Of a stretch of 64,000 nt of DNA, positions 1 through 8,726 are shown piece after piece. Position numbers and translations under genes: made by a program. The stretch is from Polyangiales bacterium (GTDB lineage: Bacteria; Myxococcota_A; Polyangia; Polyangiales; Polyangiaceae): the NCBI GenBank assembly GCA_038230375.1, contig JBBRNJ010000011.1, forward strand, positions 32,001 through 96,000, written 5' to 3'. Below the pieces are notes generated by a model that saw nothing but the letters and a program-made list of their open reading frames with translations, was not told where the DNA came from and did not search any database. Position 1 is the first letter of the stretch, and each line of letters opens with the position of its first letter.

Positions 1-418
1 ACACGCTCACGATGCGCGACGGGCCGCTCTTCTCCAGCAGATCGCGCAGCAGCTTCGTCAGCAGGAAGTAGCCGAGGTGGTTCAGCGCGAACGTCTCCTC
101 GATGCCGTCCACGGTCGTGCGGCGCTGCGGCACCAGGAGGCCGGCGTTGTTGAGCAGCACGTCGAGCTTGTCGACCTTGCGGAGGACGTCGCTCGCGACA
201 CGACGGATGTCCTTCTGCGAGCTCATGTCACCGACGATGAGACTGACGTCCTTCGCGCCGGCCTTCTCGATGTCGACGATGGCGGCCTTGCCCTTTTCTT
301 CGCTCCTGCAGACGAGGACGAGCTTTGCGCCCATCGCCCCGAGCGCAACGGCCGAAGCCTTGCCGATTCCCTGATTCGCGCCGGTGATGAGCACCGTCTT
401 GCCGTGCATGTCGGTCAT
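1..418 (-). CDS. SDR-family NAD(P)-dependent oxidoreductase (3' part runs off the window start)
   Basis: Manual minus-strand translation from ATG 418: MTDMHGKTVLITGANQGIGKASA...DVLLNNAG, with the TGxxxGIG and NNAG SDR motifs. Not in the ORF track because it is truncated. Confidence 0.9.
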   Translation of the reverse strand, partial: MTDMHGKTVLITGANQGIGKASAVALGAMGAKLVLVCRSEEKGKAAIVDIEKAGAKDVSLIVGDMSSQKDIRRVASDVLRKVDKLDVLLNNAGLLVPQRRTTVDGIEETFALNHLGYFLLTKLLRDLLEKSGPSRIVSV

Positions 419-480
419 GGTCGCCGAATCATGCGTCCCCCGGGCCCGAATGGGAACCCCAGCGCGTCGATTAAACCTGG

Positions 481-1698
481 TTATTCGGCGTACATCTGGA
501 TGTCGGTCGCGGCCTTGAACGCCATCCGATGCGCCTCCGCCCAGTCCGGATGACGGACCTGGACCCAGCCGTCGGACAAAAGCGTGTGCTTCCAGTTGCG
601 GCGCGGCGTGCCCGGTCGCAGCAAGCGGTCCTCCGTGACCCACTGTCCGCACTCGTGCCGCCAGGCGCCAAGGCCGTCGATGCGGGTGATGCGCCCACGG
701 CCGAGCGCTCGCTTGAAGATGATCGCGTCGTTGTACTTTCGCTCGGTGCTCGCCGCGAACTTCTGGTGGCAGACCACACGCGCCCATTCGCGGAAGAGAT
801 CGATGTCACACGTGTAGTTCATCTGGTCGACCAGGCATGCGCCGCCGGGGCGCGCGCCGATCTCGCCGAACACGGCCTCGCCCTTGCTCGTGAGGTACCA
901 CTCCATGTGCGTGAAGCCGTCGTCCATGCCGAGCGCAGTGAGCACCTTGCGCCCGAGCTCGATGCCGCCCTGGAGTCGCTTCTGCTCCATGTCGCGCACG
1001 GTGATGATCACGGGCGAGATCCACTCCTGCGTGCGCATCTCCAGCGGCTTTGGCAGGTAGGACGCTACGTTCTCGAAGACCGGTTTTCCGCCGATGCATA
1101 CGGTGTCGAACGTGAACTCCTCGCCCTCGATGTATTCCTCGCAGCTTGCCTCCGGGATGCCGCGCATGCGCGGGAGCACCTCTTCCAGCTCCTTCACGCT
1201 GGTGATGCGGTACGTGTCTGCGCTGCCGGCGCCGTCGATCGGCTTCAGGATGAGCGGGTAGCCGATCTCCTCGGCGGCGGCGCGCACCTCTGTCTCGGTC
1301 CGCACGCGGCGCGACCTGGGCACGCGGAGGCCGGCCTTCGCCACGCGCTCCTTCATCAGCTGCTTGTCGCGGAAGCCCGTCGCCGTGTCCACGCTCATGC
1401 CTGGCATTCCCCACCGTTCGCGCAGCCGCGCCGCGAGCACCACGAGCGGCTCCCAGTTCGCGGCCACGCGGTCGATCGTCTTGCCGCGCAGCCAGGCGGA
1501 GACGCGCGCGATCACGTCCTCCTCGTCCATGATGCGTGGAACCTGCAGGTAATCGTGCAGGTAGGGCTTCACCGCGTCCGGCAGGTGCTCGCGCGGGGTA
1601 TCGGCGACGCCGTAGACCTCCGCGCCCACCTCTGCGAGGCCACGCGTGTACTGGATCATTTCCGGCGGATAGAGCGGGGCGAGGAAGACGACGCGCAT
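481..1698 (-). CDS. ATP-grasp domain protein A (L-amino-acid-ligase-like)
   Basis: 405 aa; FRDKQLMK, LKPIDGAGS, EEYIEGEE, HMEWY, EIGARPGG motifs. Confidence 0.9.
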   Translation of the reverse strand: MRVVFLAPLYPPEMIQYTRGLAEVGAEVYGVADTPREHLPDAVKPYLHDYLQVPRIMDEEDVIARVSAWLRGKTIDRVAANWEPLVVLAARLRERWGMPGMSVDTATGFRDKQLMKERVAKAGLRVPRSRRVRTETEVRAAAEEIGYPLILKPIDGAGSADTYRITSVKELEEVLPRMRGIPEASCEEYIEGEEFTFDTVCIGGKPVFENVASYLPKPLEMRTQEWISPVIITVRDMEQKRLQGGIELGRKVLTALGMDDGFTHMEWYLTSKGEAVFGEIGARPGGACLVDQMNYTCDIDLFREWARVVCHQKFAASTERKYNDAIIFKRALGRGRITRIDGLGAWRHECGQWVTEDRLLRPGTPRRNWKHTLLSDGWVQVRHPDWAEAHRMAFKAATDIQMYAE

Positions 1699-1799
1699 GC
1701 CCGACGAATACCACGAGCAGCGGCGGTTCTGCGCGGGGAGCGTGGGGCGTTTCCGTGACGGTGGTTGACGAGCGACGCGGCCCTTGCGAAGGTGCGCCC

Positions 1800-3017
1800 A
1801 TGCCCCGAAACGTCGTGTTCGTAGCCCCGTTCCCGGCCGAGACCACCATGCGGTTCGTGCGCGCGGTGAAGCGCCTTTCGGACGTGCGCCTGCTCGGGGT
1901 CGTGCACACCCCGCCGGGTGGCAGCGACGCGAACGTCTACGACGACATCGTCCGCATCACGGAGCCGCTCAGCGGGCGCGACATCCTGGACGGCGTGCAG
2001 GTGCTGCGTCGCCGGCATGGGCAGCCGCATCGCATCGTGGGCATCCTGGAGCCCACGATGGTGCAGCTGGCGCAGGTGCGCGCGCATTTTGGCGTGCCGG
2101 GAACTCCGCCAGAGACCGCGGAGCTCTTTCGCGACAAGTCGCGCATGAAGGTCGCGCTCGCGAAGGCAGGGCTGCCCGTCGCCAAGCATCGCCTCGTGCA
2201 CAACGAAGAGGACGCACGCGAGTTCGCCGCGCTCGTGGGGTTTCCGATCGTGCTGAAGCCGCCGGCGGGCATGGGCGCGAAGGCGACCTTTCGTGTTGCG
2301 ACGGAGGATGAGCTCGTCTCGGCTGTCCGAGGGATGTCCGTGTCTCCGTCGAACCCGACGCTCGCGGAGGAGTTCTTGAAGGGACGGGAGTTCAGCTTCG
2401 AGACCGTGACGGTGGGCGGCGTGCCGGAGCTGTGCTCGATCTCGCACTACCTACCGAGCTGCCTCGACGTGCTCGAGAACCCGTGGATCCAGTGGTCCTG
2501 CATGTTGCCCCGCGACATCTCGGGGCCCGAGTACGAGGCCGCGCACGTGATGGGCAAGGCCGCAGTGAAGGCGCTGGGCCTGGACGACGGCGTCACGCAC
2601 ATGGAGTGGTTCCAGCGGCCCGACGGCAGCCTGGCCATCGGAGAGATCGCGCAGCGACCGCCCGGCGCGAACATCTCCCGCATGATGGGGCTCGCGCACG
2701 ACGTGGATCTCTATCGCGCGTGGGCGAGGGCAGTGGTGGACTCCGCCTTCGACGGCCCGTGGAAGCGCAAGTACGCGGTGGGCTGCGCATACCTGCGCGG
2801 CATGGGGCGCGGCCGCGTCGCGGGCCTGAGCGGCCTCCACGAGGCGCACGAGGCCGTGGGCAAGTACATCGTTGAAGCCGACCTACCCAACATCGGCACG
2901 CCGAAGAGCGACAGCTACGAAGGCGACGGCTACGTGATAGTCCGCGACGAGAACACCGACGTCGTGAAGGCCGTCCTGAAGCACATCATAGAGACCGTGA
3001 AGGTCCACTACGCGTGA
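1800..3017 (+). CDS. ATP-grasp domain protein B (paralog of A and C)
   Basis: Start re-picked at ATG 1800 (MPRNVVFVAP). FRDKSRMK, LKPPAGMGA, EEFLKGRE, HMEWF, EIAQRPPG. Confidence 0.9.
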   Translation: MPRNVVFVAPFPAETTMRFVRAVKRLSDVRLLGVVHTPPGGSDANVYDDIVRITEPLSGRDILDGVQVLRRRHGQPHRIVGILEPTMVQLAQVRAHFGVPGTPPETAELFRDKSRMKVALAKAGLPVAKHRLVHNEEDAREFAALVGFPIVLKPPAGMGAKATFRVATEDELVSAVRGMSVSPSNPTLAEEFLKGREFSFETVTVGGVPELCSISHYLPSCLDVLENPWIQWSCMLPRDISGPEYEAAHVMGKAAVKALGLDDGVTHMEWFQRPDGSLAIGEIAQRPPGANISRMMGLAHDVDLYRAWARAVVDSAFDGPWKRKYAVGCAYLRGMGRGRVAGLSGLHEAHEAVGKYIVEADLPNIGTPKSDSYEGDGYVIVRDENTDVVKAVLKHIIETVKVHYA

Positions 3018-3048
3018 ACCGGGTCGCCTCGATTCACGGCGAGGGGTT

Positions 3049-3567
3049 TCAGTGGCCGAAGGCGTGGATGGTTCCTATGTGCAGGTGCGTTGCGTTGTTG
3101 TCGTTGAAGTAGGATTTGGTGACCGAGGAGCGGTAGGCCTTGTACGCGCCTCCCAGTCCGATCTCGTGGACGTACGGGTTCTGTGAGGCCAGCTGGATGA
3201 GGCGCTTCGCTTCGCTGCCGTTGGTCGCGTACATGTCCGCGCAGTGGCCACCCGCGTGGGCTGCGGCGCCGTCGTTGTGGTGGTCCGAGCGGATCGCCGA
3301 GATGTAGAAGGAGGGCGCTCCGTGGTCCTTCATCCAGCCGATCGCGGCGACCAGCTTGTCGTCGGTGTAGCCGGTCTTGAGGAGATCGCCTGGGGCGCTC
3401 GCGTGTCCCTTCACCTCGTTGTAGACCGTCTGGCGATTGAACCCGCCGAGGTCCTGCGACGTGTCGTCCGTGGCGGCGGGATCCTCTGCGCTGTTGTCGG
3501 TCTCTGCGGCGCAGGCGGTGGACATGGCGGCGATGAGGAGTGCGGCGAGCGTGATCGAACGAGACAT
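3049..3567 (-). CDS. Lipoprotein with a probable M15/LAS-type Zn-peptidase domain
   Basis: Signal peptide ending in lipobox-like STAC, then an acidic linker. ISAIRS, H-x6-D (HAGGHCAD) and HxH (HLH) motifs. Confidence 0.65.
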   Translation of the reverse strand: MSRSITLAALLIAAMSTACAAETDNSAEDPAATDDTSQDLGGFNRQTVYNEVKGHASAPGDLLKTGYTDDKLVAAIGWMKDHGAPSFYISAIRSDHHNDGAAAHAGGHCADMYATNGSEAKRLIQLASQNPYVHEIGLGGAYKAYRSSVTKSYFNDNNATHLHIGTIHAFGH

Positions 3568-3627
3568 GAGAGAGCTCCTTCCGGCAGGGCCGGGATGGGC
3601 GCGCGAGCAGCGCGTGATCCCTTCAGG

Positions 3628-3644
3628 AGCATGAGGTGTGCCGT
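3628..3644 (-). promoter_or_regulatory. Putative sigma54 (-24/-12) promoter for the lipoprotein gene
   Basis: Minus strand reads ACGGCACACCTCATGCT (GG-N10-GC), about 60 nt upstream of the ATG. An inverted pair TTTCACGCGC...GCGCGTGAAA lies further upstream. Confidence 0.4.
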
Positions 3645-3807
3645 AGGTCTTGTACGCGTATTTCCCTACATTTCACGCGCTGGGCGCCATGAAGAAGATC
3701 GGGGTGGTACGGGTGTCTGGGGCTGGCTCGAACCATCGCGCGCGGACCGTCGCCGCCGGGAGACACGCGCGTGAAAAATTCCACTACGGGCGCGCGCCCT
3801 CCTCGCT

Positions 3808-5265
3808 TCAGGCCGCGAGCAACTTGTAGATCGCTTCGTAGGAGCCGATGCGCTCGTCCCAGCCGAAGCGCTGACGCATGCCGTTGCGTTGCAGCGTGGC
3901 CATGCGCGCGCGGTCCTCGGGGCGGCCCTGTCCGAATGTTGCGAGCGCCGCGCTGAGGCCGTAGCGCAGCCCGCCTTCGTCGAAGTGATTGAACACGAAG
4001 CCCGTGCCTCGCTCGCGCCGCGCATCGAACGGCGAGACCGTGTCCGCGAGGCCGCCCGTGCGATGAACGATGGGCGCCGTTCCGTATCGCAGGCTGTACA
4101 TCTGGTTCAGACCGCAAGGCTCGTAGCGCGACGGCATGAGGAAGAAGTCGGACCCAGCTTCGATCTGGTGGGCGAGCGGCTCACTGAAGCCCGGGCGATA
4201 CGTGACCTGCTTGCCGAAGCGCCGCGCGAGCCCGTGGAAGAGCGCCTCGTACTGCGGCTCGCCCGTACCCAGCACCACCATCTGCACCGCGCGGGAGGCG
4301 AAGAGCTGCGGCAGCACACCGAAGCACAGGTCGAAGCCCTTCTGCCACGCCAGCCGCGAGACGATCCCAAGCAGCGGCACGCCGGTCACGTAGGGAAGGC
4401 CGGCCGCCGCAAGCAGCGCCTCCTTGCACTTCTCCTTGCCGGAGAGATCCTCCGCGCTGTAGTGCGCCGGTAGGCTCCGGTCGGTGGTGGGATTCCACTC
4501 GCCCTCGTCTATGCCGTTGAGCACGCCGAAGAGCACGTCGCGTCGGCTCCGGAGGAACGCGTCAAGGCCCACGCCGTGCTCGGGTGTCTGGATCTCGCGC
4601 GCGTACGTGGGGCTCACCGTGGTGATGGCGTTCGCGTAGAGGATGCCCGTCAGCAGGAAGTTCACGCGTCCTTCACGGAGGTGGTCCTGGTGGAACAGGT
4701 GCGCGTCGTTTGCCATCCCGGTCTGCGGGAGGATCTTCGCGTCGAAGCCGCCCTGATGGCCGATGTTGTGGATGGTGAGGACCGTGCGCGTCTGGGAAAA
4801 CAGCCGGTCCCACGAGAACGCCGTCTTCAGGAGGAGAGGGATGAGCGCGGTCTGCCAGTCGTTCGCGTGGACGATGTCCGGCGAGAACCCCAGGCGCTGG
4901 CAGAGCACCAGCGACGCCCACGAGAGCACGATGAAGCGGAGGTGCTCGTCGCTGTCCTGCGTGTAGATCCCGGGGCGGTCGTAGAGGCTCGGACACCAGA
5001 CGAAATACACGGGCACGTCCGCGTTGGGGAGCTTCGCCTCGTAGATCGAGAAGATGACGCGCAGGCCGCCAAGGTCGATCTGCGCATCCTTCACCACCGG
5101 CTCGAACGATCGGCCTGCCTTGAGGACGCGGCTGTACATCGGCATCACGATCCGGACGTCGTGTCCGCGGCCCTGCAGGGCGCGCGGAAGGGCGGCGGAC
5201 ACATCCCCCAGGCCCCCGCTCTTGGCGAACGGGGTCACTTCGGAGGCTACGAACAGTACTTTCAC
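3808..5265 (-). CDS. glgA: Glycogen synthase (ADP-glucose type, GT5)
   Basis: MKVLFVASEVTPFAKSGGLGDV (KxGGL), HANDWQ, TIHNIGHQG, MPSRYEPCGLNQMYS. GTG start. Confidence 0.96.
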   Translation of the reverse strand: MKVLFVASEVTPFAKSGGLGDVSAALPRALQGRGHDVRIVMPMYSRVLKAGRSFEPVVKDAQIDLGGLRVIFSIYEAKLPNADVPVYFVWCPSLYDRPGIYTQDSDEHLRFIVLSWASLVLCQRLGFSPDIVHANDWQTALIPLLLKTAFSWDRLFSQTRTVLTIHNIGHQGGFDAKILPQTGMANDAHLFHQDHLREGRVNFLLTGILYANAITTVSPTYAREIQTPEHGVGLDAFLRSRRDVLFGVLNGIDEGEWNPTTDRSLPAHYSAEDLSGKEKCKEALLAAAGLPYVTGVPLLGIVSRLAWQKGFDLCFGVLPQLFASRAVQMVVLGTGEPQYEALFHGLARRFGKQVTYRPGFSEPLAHQIEAGSDFFLMPSRYEPCGLNQMYSLRYGTAPIVHRTGGLADTVSPFDARRERGTGFVFNHFDEGGLRYGLSAALATFGQGRPEDRARMATLQRNGMRQRFGWDERIGSYEAIYKLLAA

Positions 5266-5273
5266 CGCGCCCC

Positions 5274-5295
5274 CTATAGCAGCTGAGTGCTATAG
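5274..5295. promoter_or_regulatory. Inverted repeat CTATAGCA-N6-TGCTATAG; probable back-to-back extended -10 promoters or an operator
   Basis: Perfect 8-bp inverted repeat in the 46-nt gap between divergent glgA and ATP-grasp C. Each strand reads TGCTATAG toward its own gene. Confidence 0.55.
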
Positions 5296-5311
5296 CGTGC
5301 ACCCCTAGACC

Positions 5312-6559
5312 ATGGCCTTCGATGTCGTCTTCCTGGAGCCCTGTTTTCCGGCCAACCAACGCGAGTTCGTGCGTGCGCTCGCGTCGTGTGGTGCGCGCGT
5401 CACGGGCATCGGTGAGCGGCCGAAGTCCGCGCTCGATGCGGACCTCCAGAACTGGCTCTTCCACTACGAGCAGGTCGGCAACATCACGAACGAGGAAGAG
5501 GTAGAGCAGAAGGTTCGCTTCATCCAGGGCAGGGTGAAGGTCGACCGGCTCGAGGCCGTCGTGGAGGCGCACGTCATGTGCGCGGCGCGCGTTCGCGAGC
5601 GCTGCGGCATCCCGGGCACCAGCGTGAAGTCCACGTTCCTCTGTCGCGACAAGCCGGCCATGAAGGAGGCGCTCGCCGCAGCAGGCATTCCGTGCGCGCA
5701 GTCACTCGGCAGCGCGAGCACCGAGGAGATCCGCGAGTTCGCGAACAAGGTGGGCTTCCCGCTCGTGGTGAAGCCACGGGATGCAGCCGGTGCGTCGGGC
5801 ACCGTGCGCGTGGACTCCGATGACGAGCTGCGCGCCGCGCTGACGTCGTTCGGCGTGGAGCGCGGCCGCAGCGTGGCCATCGAGGAGTTCATCGAGGGCC
5901 ACGAGGGCTTCTACGACACCCTCACCGTGGGAGGGAGCGGCGGCGGGCAGATCATCCACGACTTCGCCTGCCACTACTATCCGAACGTGCTCGAGGCCAT
6001 GCGCACGCGCTGGATCTCTCCGCAGTTCATCACCACGAACCGCATCGAGACCGCGCCCGCGTACACCGAGGTGCGCGAGATGGGAAAGAAGGTCATCGAG
6101 ACCCTCGGCCTCACGAACGCCGCGACCGCCACGCACATGGAGTGGTTCTTTGGACCGAAGGGCCTGAAATTCAGCGAGATCGGCTGCAGGCCACCCGGCG
6201 TGCGCGCGTGGGATCTCTACGCTGTCGGGAACGACTTCGACATCTACAAGGAGTGGGCCATGGGCGTCATCTTCGGCAAGCCCAGCCAGACCCTCTCGCG
6301 CCGTTACTCCGCGGGCATCATCGCGCTGCGTCCGGGCTGCGACGGAAACATCGTCGGCTACGACAACGTCAGCGAGGTGCAGCGCCGCTTCGGCGAGTGG
6401 GTCATCGACTATCACTTGCCCGAACCCGGCACCCCCACGCAGCCCGTCTCCGCTGGCTTCATGGCGAACGCCTGGGTCCGCATGAAACACCCCAACTACG
6501 ACGAGCTTCGGGGGATGCTCGATTTCGTCGGGCAGACCCTCAAGGTCCGCGCGGCCTGA
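5312..6559 (+). CDS. ATP-grasp domain protein C
   Basis: 415 aa; CRDKPAMK, VKPRDAAGASG, EEFIEGHE, HMEWF, EIGCRPPG. Confidence 0.9.
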   Translation: MAFDVVFLEPCFPANQREFVRALASCGARVTGIGERPKSALDADLQNWLFHYEQVGNITNEEEVEQKVRFIQGRVKVDRLEAVVEAHVMCAARVRERCGIPGTSVKSTFLCRDKPAMKEALAAAGIPCAQSLGSASTEEIREFANKVGFPLVVKPRDAAGASGTVRVDSDDELRAALTSFGVERGRSVAIEEFIEGHEGFYDTLTVGGSGGGQIIHDFACHYYPNVLEAMRTRWISPQFITTNRIETAPAYTEVREMGKKVIETLGLTNAATATHMEWFFGPKGLKFSEIGCRPPGVRAWDLYAVGNDFDIYKEWAMGVIFGKPSQTLSRRYSAGIIALRPGCDGNIVGYDNVSEVQRRFGEWVIDYHLPEPGTPTQPVSAGFMANAWVRMKHPNYDELRGMLDFVGQTLKVRAA

Positions 6560-6570
6560 CACCGGAAATA

Positions 6571-7560
6571 ATGCCGAAAGCCCCCCGCGCCGTCGTCCTT
6601 CTGGGCGCACAACGTTTTGAGCCGACCCTCGCCGAGGCCGTGAAGGACCTTGCGATCAAGGGCCGTCTCGCCGCGATCACGGCGGGCTGGCAGGAGCGCG
6701 AAGAGGAAGACGACGATCTCGCAGAGCACCTTGCTCCGCTCTCCGTCACCACGGAGAACCTGCGGCTTCACGCCCGCGCCGAAGAGGTGTTCCGCGCCGA
6801 TCCGGAGTTCCACAAGGCCCACCGCGAACGCCAGGCGCTCCTCCGCCACCGTCAGGATTTCTATCGCATCCGTCTGGAGCACGCGCTCGACGCCGCCCAG
6901 GTGATCCGGCAGCGGCAGGCCCCCGAGGCGATCCTCGAAGACGAAGCACACGCGTCCATCCAGGCGATCCGCGATCTGGATCACATGCACCTTTCTCGCT
7001 GCGCGATCGATCGCGGTGAGTTCGAGGATCGCTACAAGCCGTTGAAGAGGGCAGCCCTCGCGAAGCACCGCTCGGAGATCGCGGAGATCATCGCCGGCTC
7101 GGAGGGCGTCGCGATCGCCGGCGGTCACGTGGCGTCGCTCTTGAACCGTCTCGATCTGTTCGGCATCGCGCCGATGCTCGGCGGCAAGGCGATCTTCGCG
7201 TGGTGCGCAGGCGCCATGGCCATCAGCGACCGCGTGGTCCTCTTCCACGACTCGCCGCCGCAGGGCGTTGGCGCCGCTGAAGTGCTGGACGCAGGGCTGG
7301 GGCTCGCGCCTGGTGTCGTGGTGCTTCCGCAGCCGGAGTTCCGCCTTCGTCTGGACGACAAGGAGCGCGTGCAGCTCATGGCACGCAGATTTGCGCCTGC
7401 GGTGTGCCTTGCGATGCCCGAGCGGTCGCGCGCGCGCTGGAAGTCCGGGCGGGTCGAGAGTCAGCAGGGTGGGGTGTTCGAACTGCGCGAAGACGGGACA
7501 CACGCGGTCAGCGTGGCCCGCCACTCCGTGCCCCCCATGAAAGGACACGTGGCGTCATGA
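6571..7560 (+). CDS. Peptidase S51/cyanophycinase-like (class I GATase-like fold) protein with atypical catalytic residues
   Basis: Start re-picked at ATG 6571. ITAGWQERE, IAGGHV, AWCAGAMA at the nucleophile elbow, EVLDAGLGL. Confidence 0.65.
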   Translation: MPKAPRAVVLLGAQRFEPTLAEAVKDLAIKGRLAAITAGWQEREEEDDDLAEHLAPLSVTTENLRLHARAEEVFRADPEFHKAHRERQALLRHRQDFYRIRLEHALDAAQVIRQRQAPEAILEDEAHASIQAIRDLDHMHLSRCAIDRGEFEDRYKPLKRAALAKHRSEIAEIIAGSEGVAIAGGHVASLLNRLDLFGIAPMLGGKAIFAWCAGAMAISDRVVLFHDSPPQGVGAAEVLDAGLGLAPGVVVLPQPEFRLRLDDKERVQLMARRFAPAVCLAMPERSRARWKSGRVESQQGGVFELREDGTHAVSVARHSVPPMKGHVAS

Positions 7561-8705
7561 CCGGCCTCACGCCGCTTGCGATCACGACGCTGATGATGCC
7601 CGGCACGGATGCCCGCAAGGTGGACGACTTTCTTGCCGGCAAGCAGTTCCCGCTCGTGGAGGGCCCGAACGTCACCTACGTGTGGCGCGGCGACGCGGAG
7701 GGCGTGAACCTGCGTCACTGGATCTACGGACTGGAGTCCGCGAGCGCGCTCTCGCGACTGCCGCACACGGACCTCTGGTTCTTGACGCTCGACATCCCCG
7801 AGGGGTCGCGCATCGAATACAAGTTCGAGATCCTCCGCAACGGGAAGGCCGAGTGGATCGAGGACCCGCGCAACCCGAACCGCGCGCGCGATCCGTTCGG
7901 GGCGAACTCCGTGCTGCAAGCGGTCGGCTACGAAGCACCCGACTGGTCCACCCGGGACGACCTGGCGCGCCCCGGTACCATCGACCAGCTGGTCTTCGAC
8001 AGCCCCAGCCTCGAGGGCCGCCGCACCGTGCAGATGTATCTGCCCGCGCGCTTTCGCCGCTCGCGTCAGTATCCGCTCGTCGTCGTGCACGACGGCAAGG
8101 ACTACCTGAACTACGCGAGCATGAAGGAGGTCCTGGACAACCTCATTCATCGCCTGGAAATTCCCGACGTCATCGTCGCCTTCACCGACTCGCCGGATCG
8201 CCTCCGCGAATACGCGAACGATGAGGCGCATGCGCGCTTCCTGACCGAGGAGCTCGTGCCCGATCTGGCCGCGCGCTTCCCGCTCTACGATCGCCCGCAG
8301 GCGCGCTGCCTCATGGGCGCCAGCTTCGGTGCGGTTGCGTCGTTCTCCACTGCCTACCGGTATCCGGGCTTCTGGGGTCGTTTGCTCCTTCAGTCCGGGT
8401 CGTTCGCCTTCACCGACATCGGGAAGCGCAATCGCCGCGGGCCGCTGTTCGACCGCGTGGTGGAGTTCATGAACCGCTATCGCAACGAGCCCATCGCCAT
8501 CAGCGAGCGCATCTTCCTGTCCTGCGGCGTGTACGAATCGCTCATCTACGAGAACCGCTCGATGGTGCCGTTGCTCGACGCGACTGGTATGCAGGTACGC
8601 TTCGTGGAGGCTCGCGACGGTCACAACTGGGAAAACTGGCGCGACAGGCTTCGCGAGGGGCTCTCCTGGGTATTTCCCGGACCCCTCATGTTCGTCTACG
8701 AATGA
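7557..8705 (+). CDS. Fes-like alpha/beta-hydrolase (esterase) with a CBM48/E-set-like N-terminal domain
   Basis: ATGA overlap with the upstream stop. EYKF...WIEDPRNP N-terminal signature, VYLP-like MYLP, HDGKDY, GASFG nucleophile, GHNW. Confidence 0.85.
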   Translation: MTGLTPLAITTLMMPGTDARKVDDFLAGKQFPLVEGPNVTYVWRGDAEGVNLRHWIYGLESASALSRLPHTDLWFLTLDIPEGSRIEYKFEILRNGKAEWIEDPRNPNRARDPFGANSVLQAVGYEAPDWSTRDDLARPGTIDQLVFDSPSLEGRRTVQMYLPARFRRSRQYPLVVVHDGKDYLNYASMKEVLDNLIHRLEIPDVIVAFTDSPDRLREYANDEAHARFLTEELVPDLAARFPLYDRPQARCLMGASFGAVASFSTAYRYPGFWGRLLLQSGSFAFTDIGKRNRRGPLFDRVVEFMNRYRNEPIAISERIFLSCGVYESLIYENRSMVPLLDATGMQVRFVEARDGHNWENWRDRLREGLSWVFPGPLMFVYE

Positions 8706-8726
8706 TGGTGGAAGTACGGGGTTTCG

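Noticed and set aside
3568..3807. Riboswitch upstream of the peptidase-like lipoprotein
   Set aside because: Inverted repeats are present, but I could not recognise c-di-AMP or c-di-GMP consensus motifs. An Rfam search would decide.
5274..5295. Resemblance to a CIRCE (HrcA) operator (TAGCA...GAGTGCTA)
   Set aside because: It lacks the 9-nt spacer and the full TTAGCACTC arm, and the flanking genes are not chaperones.
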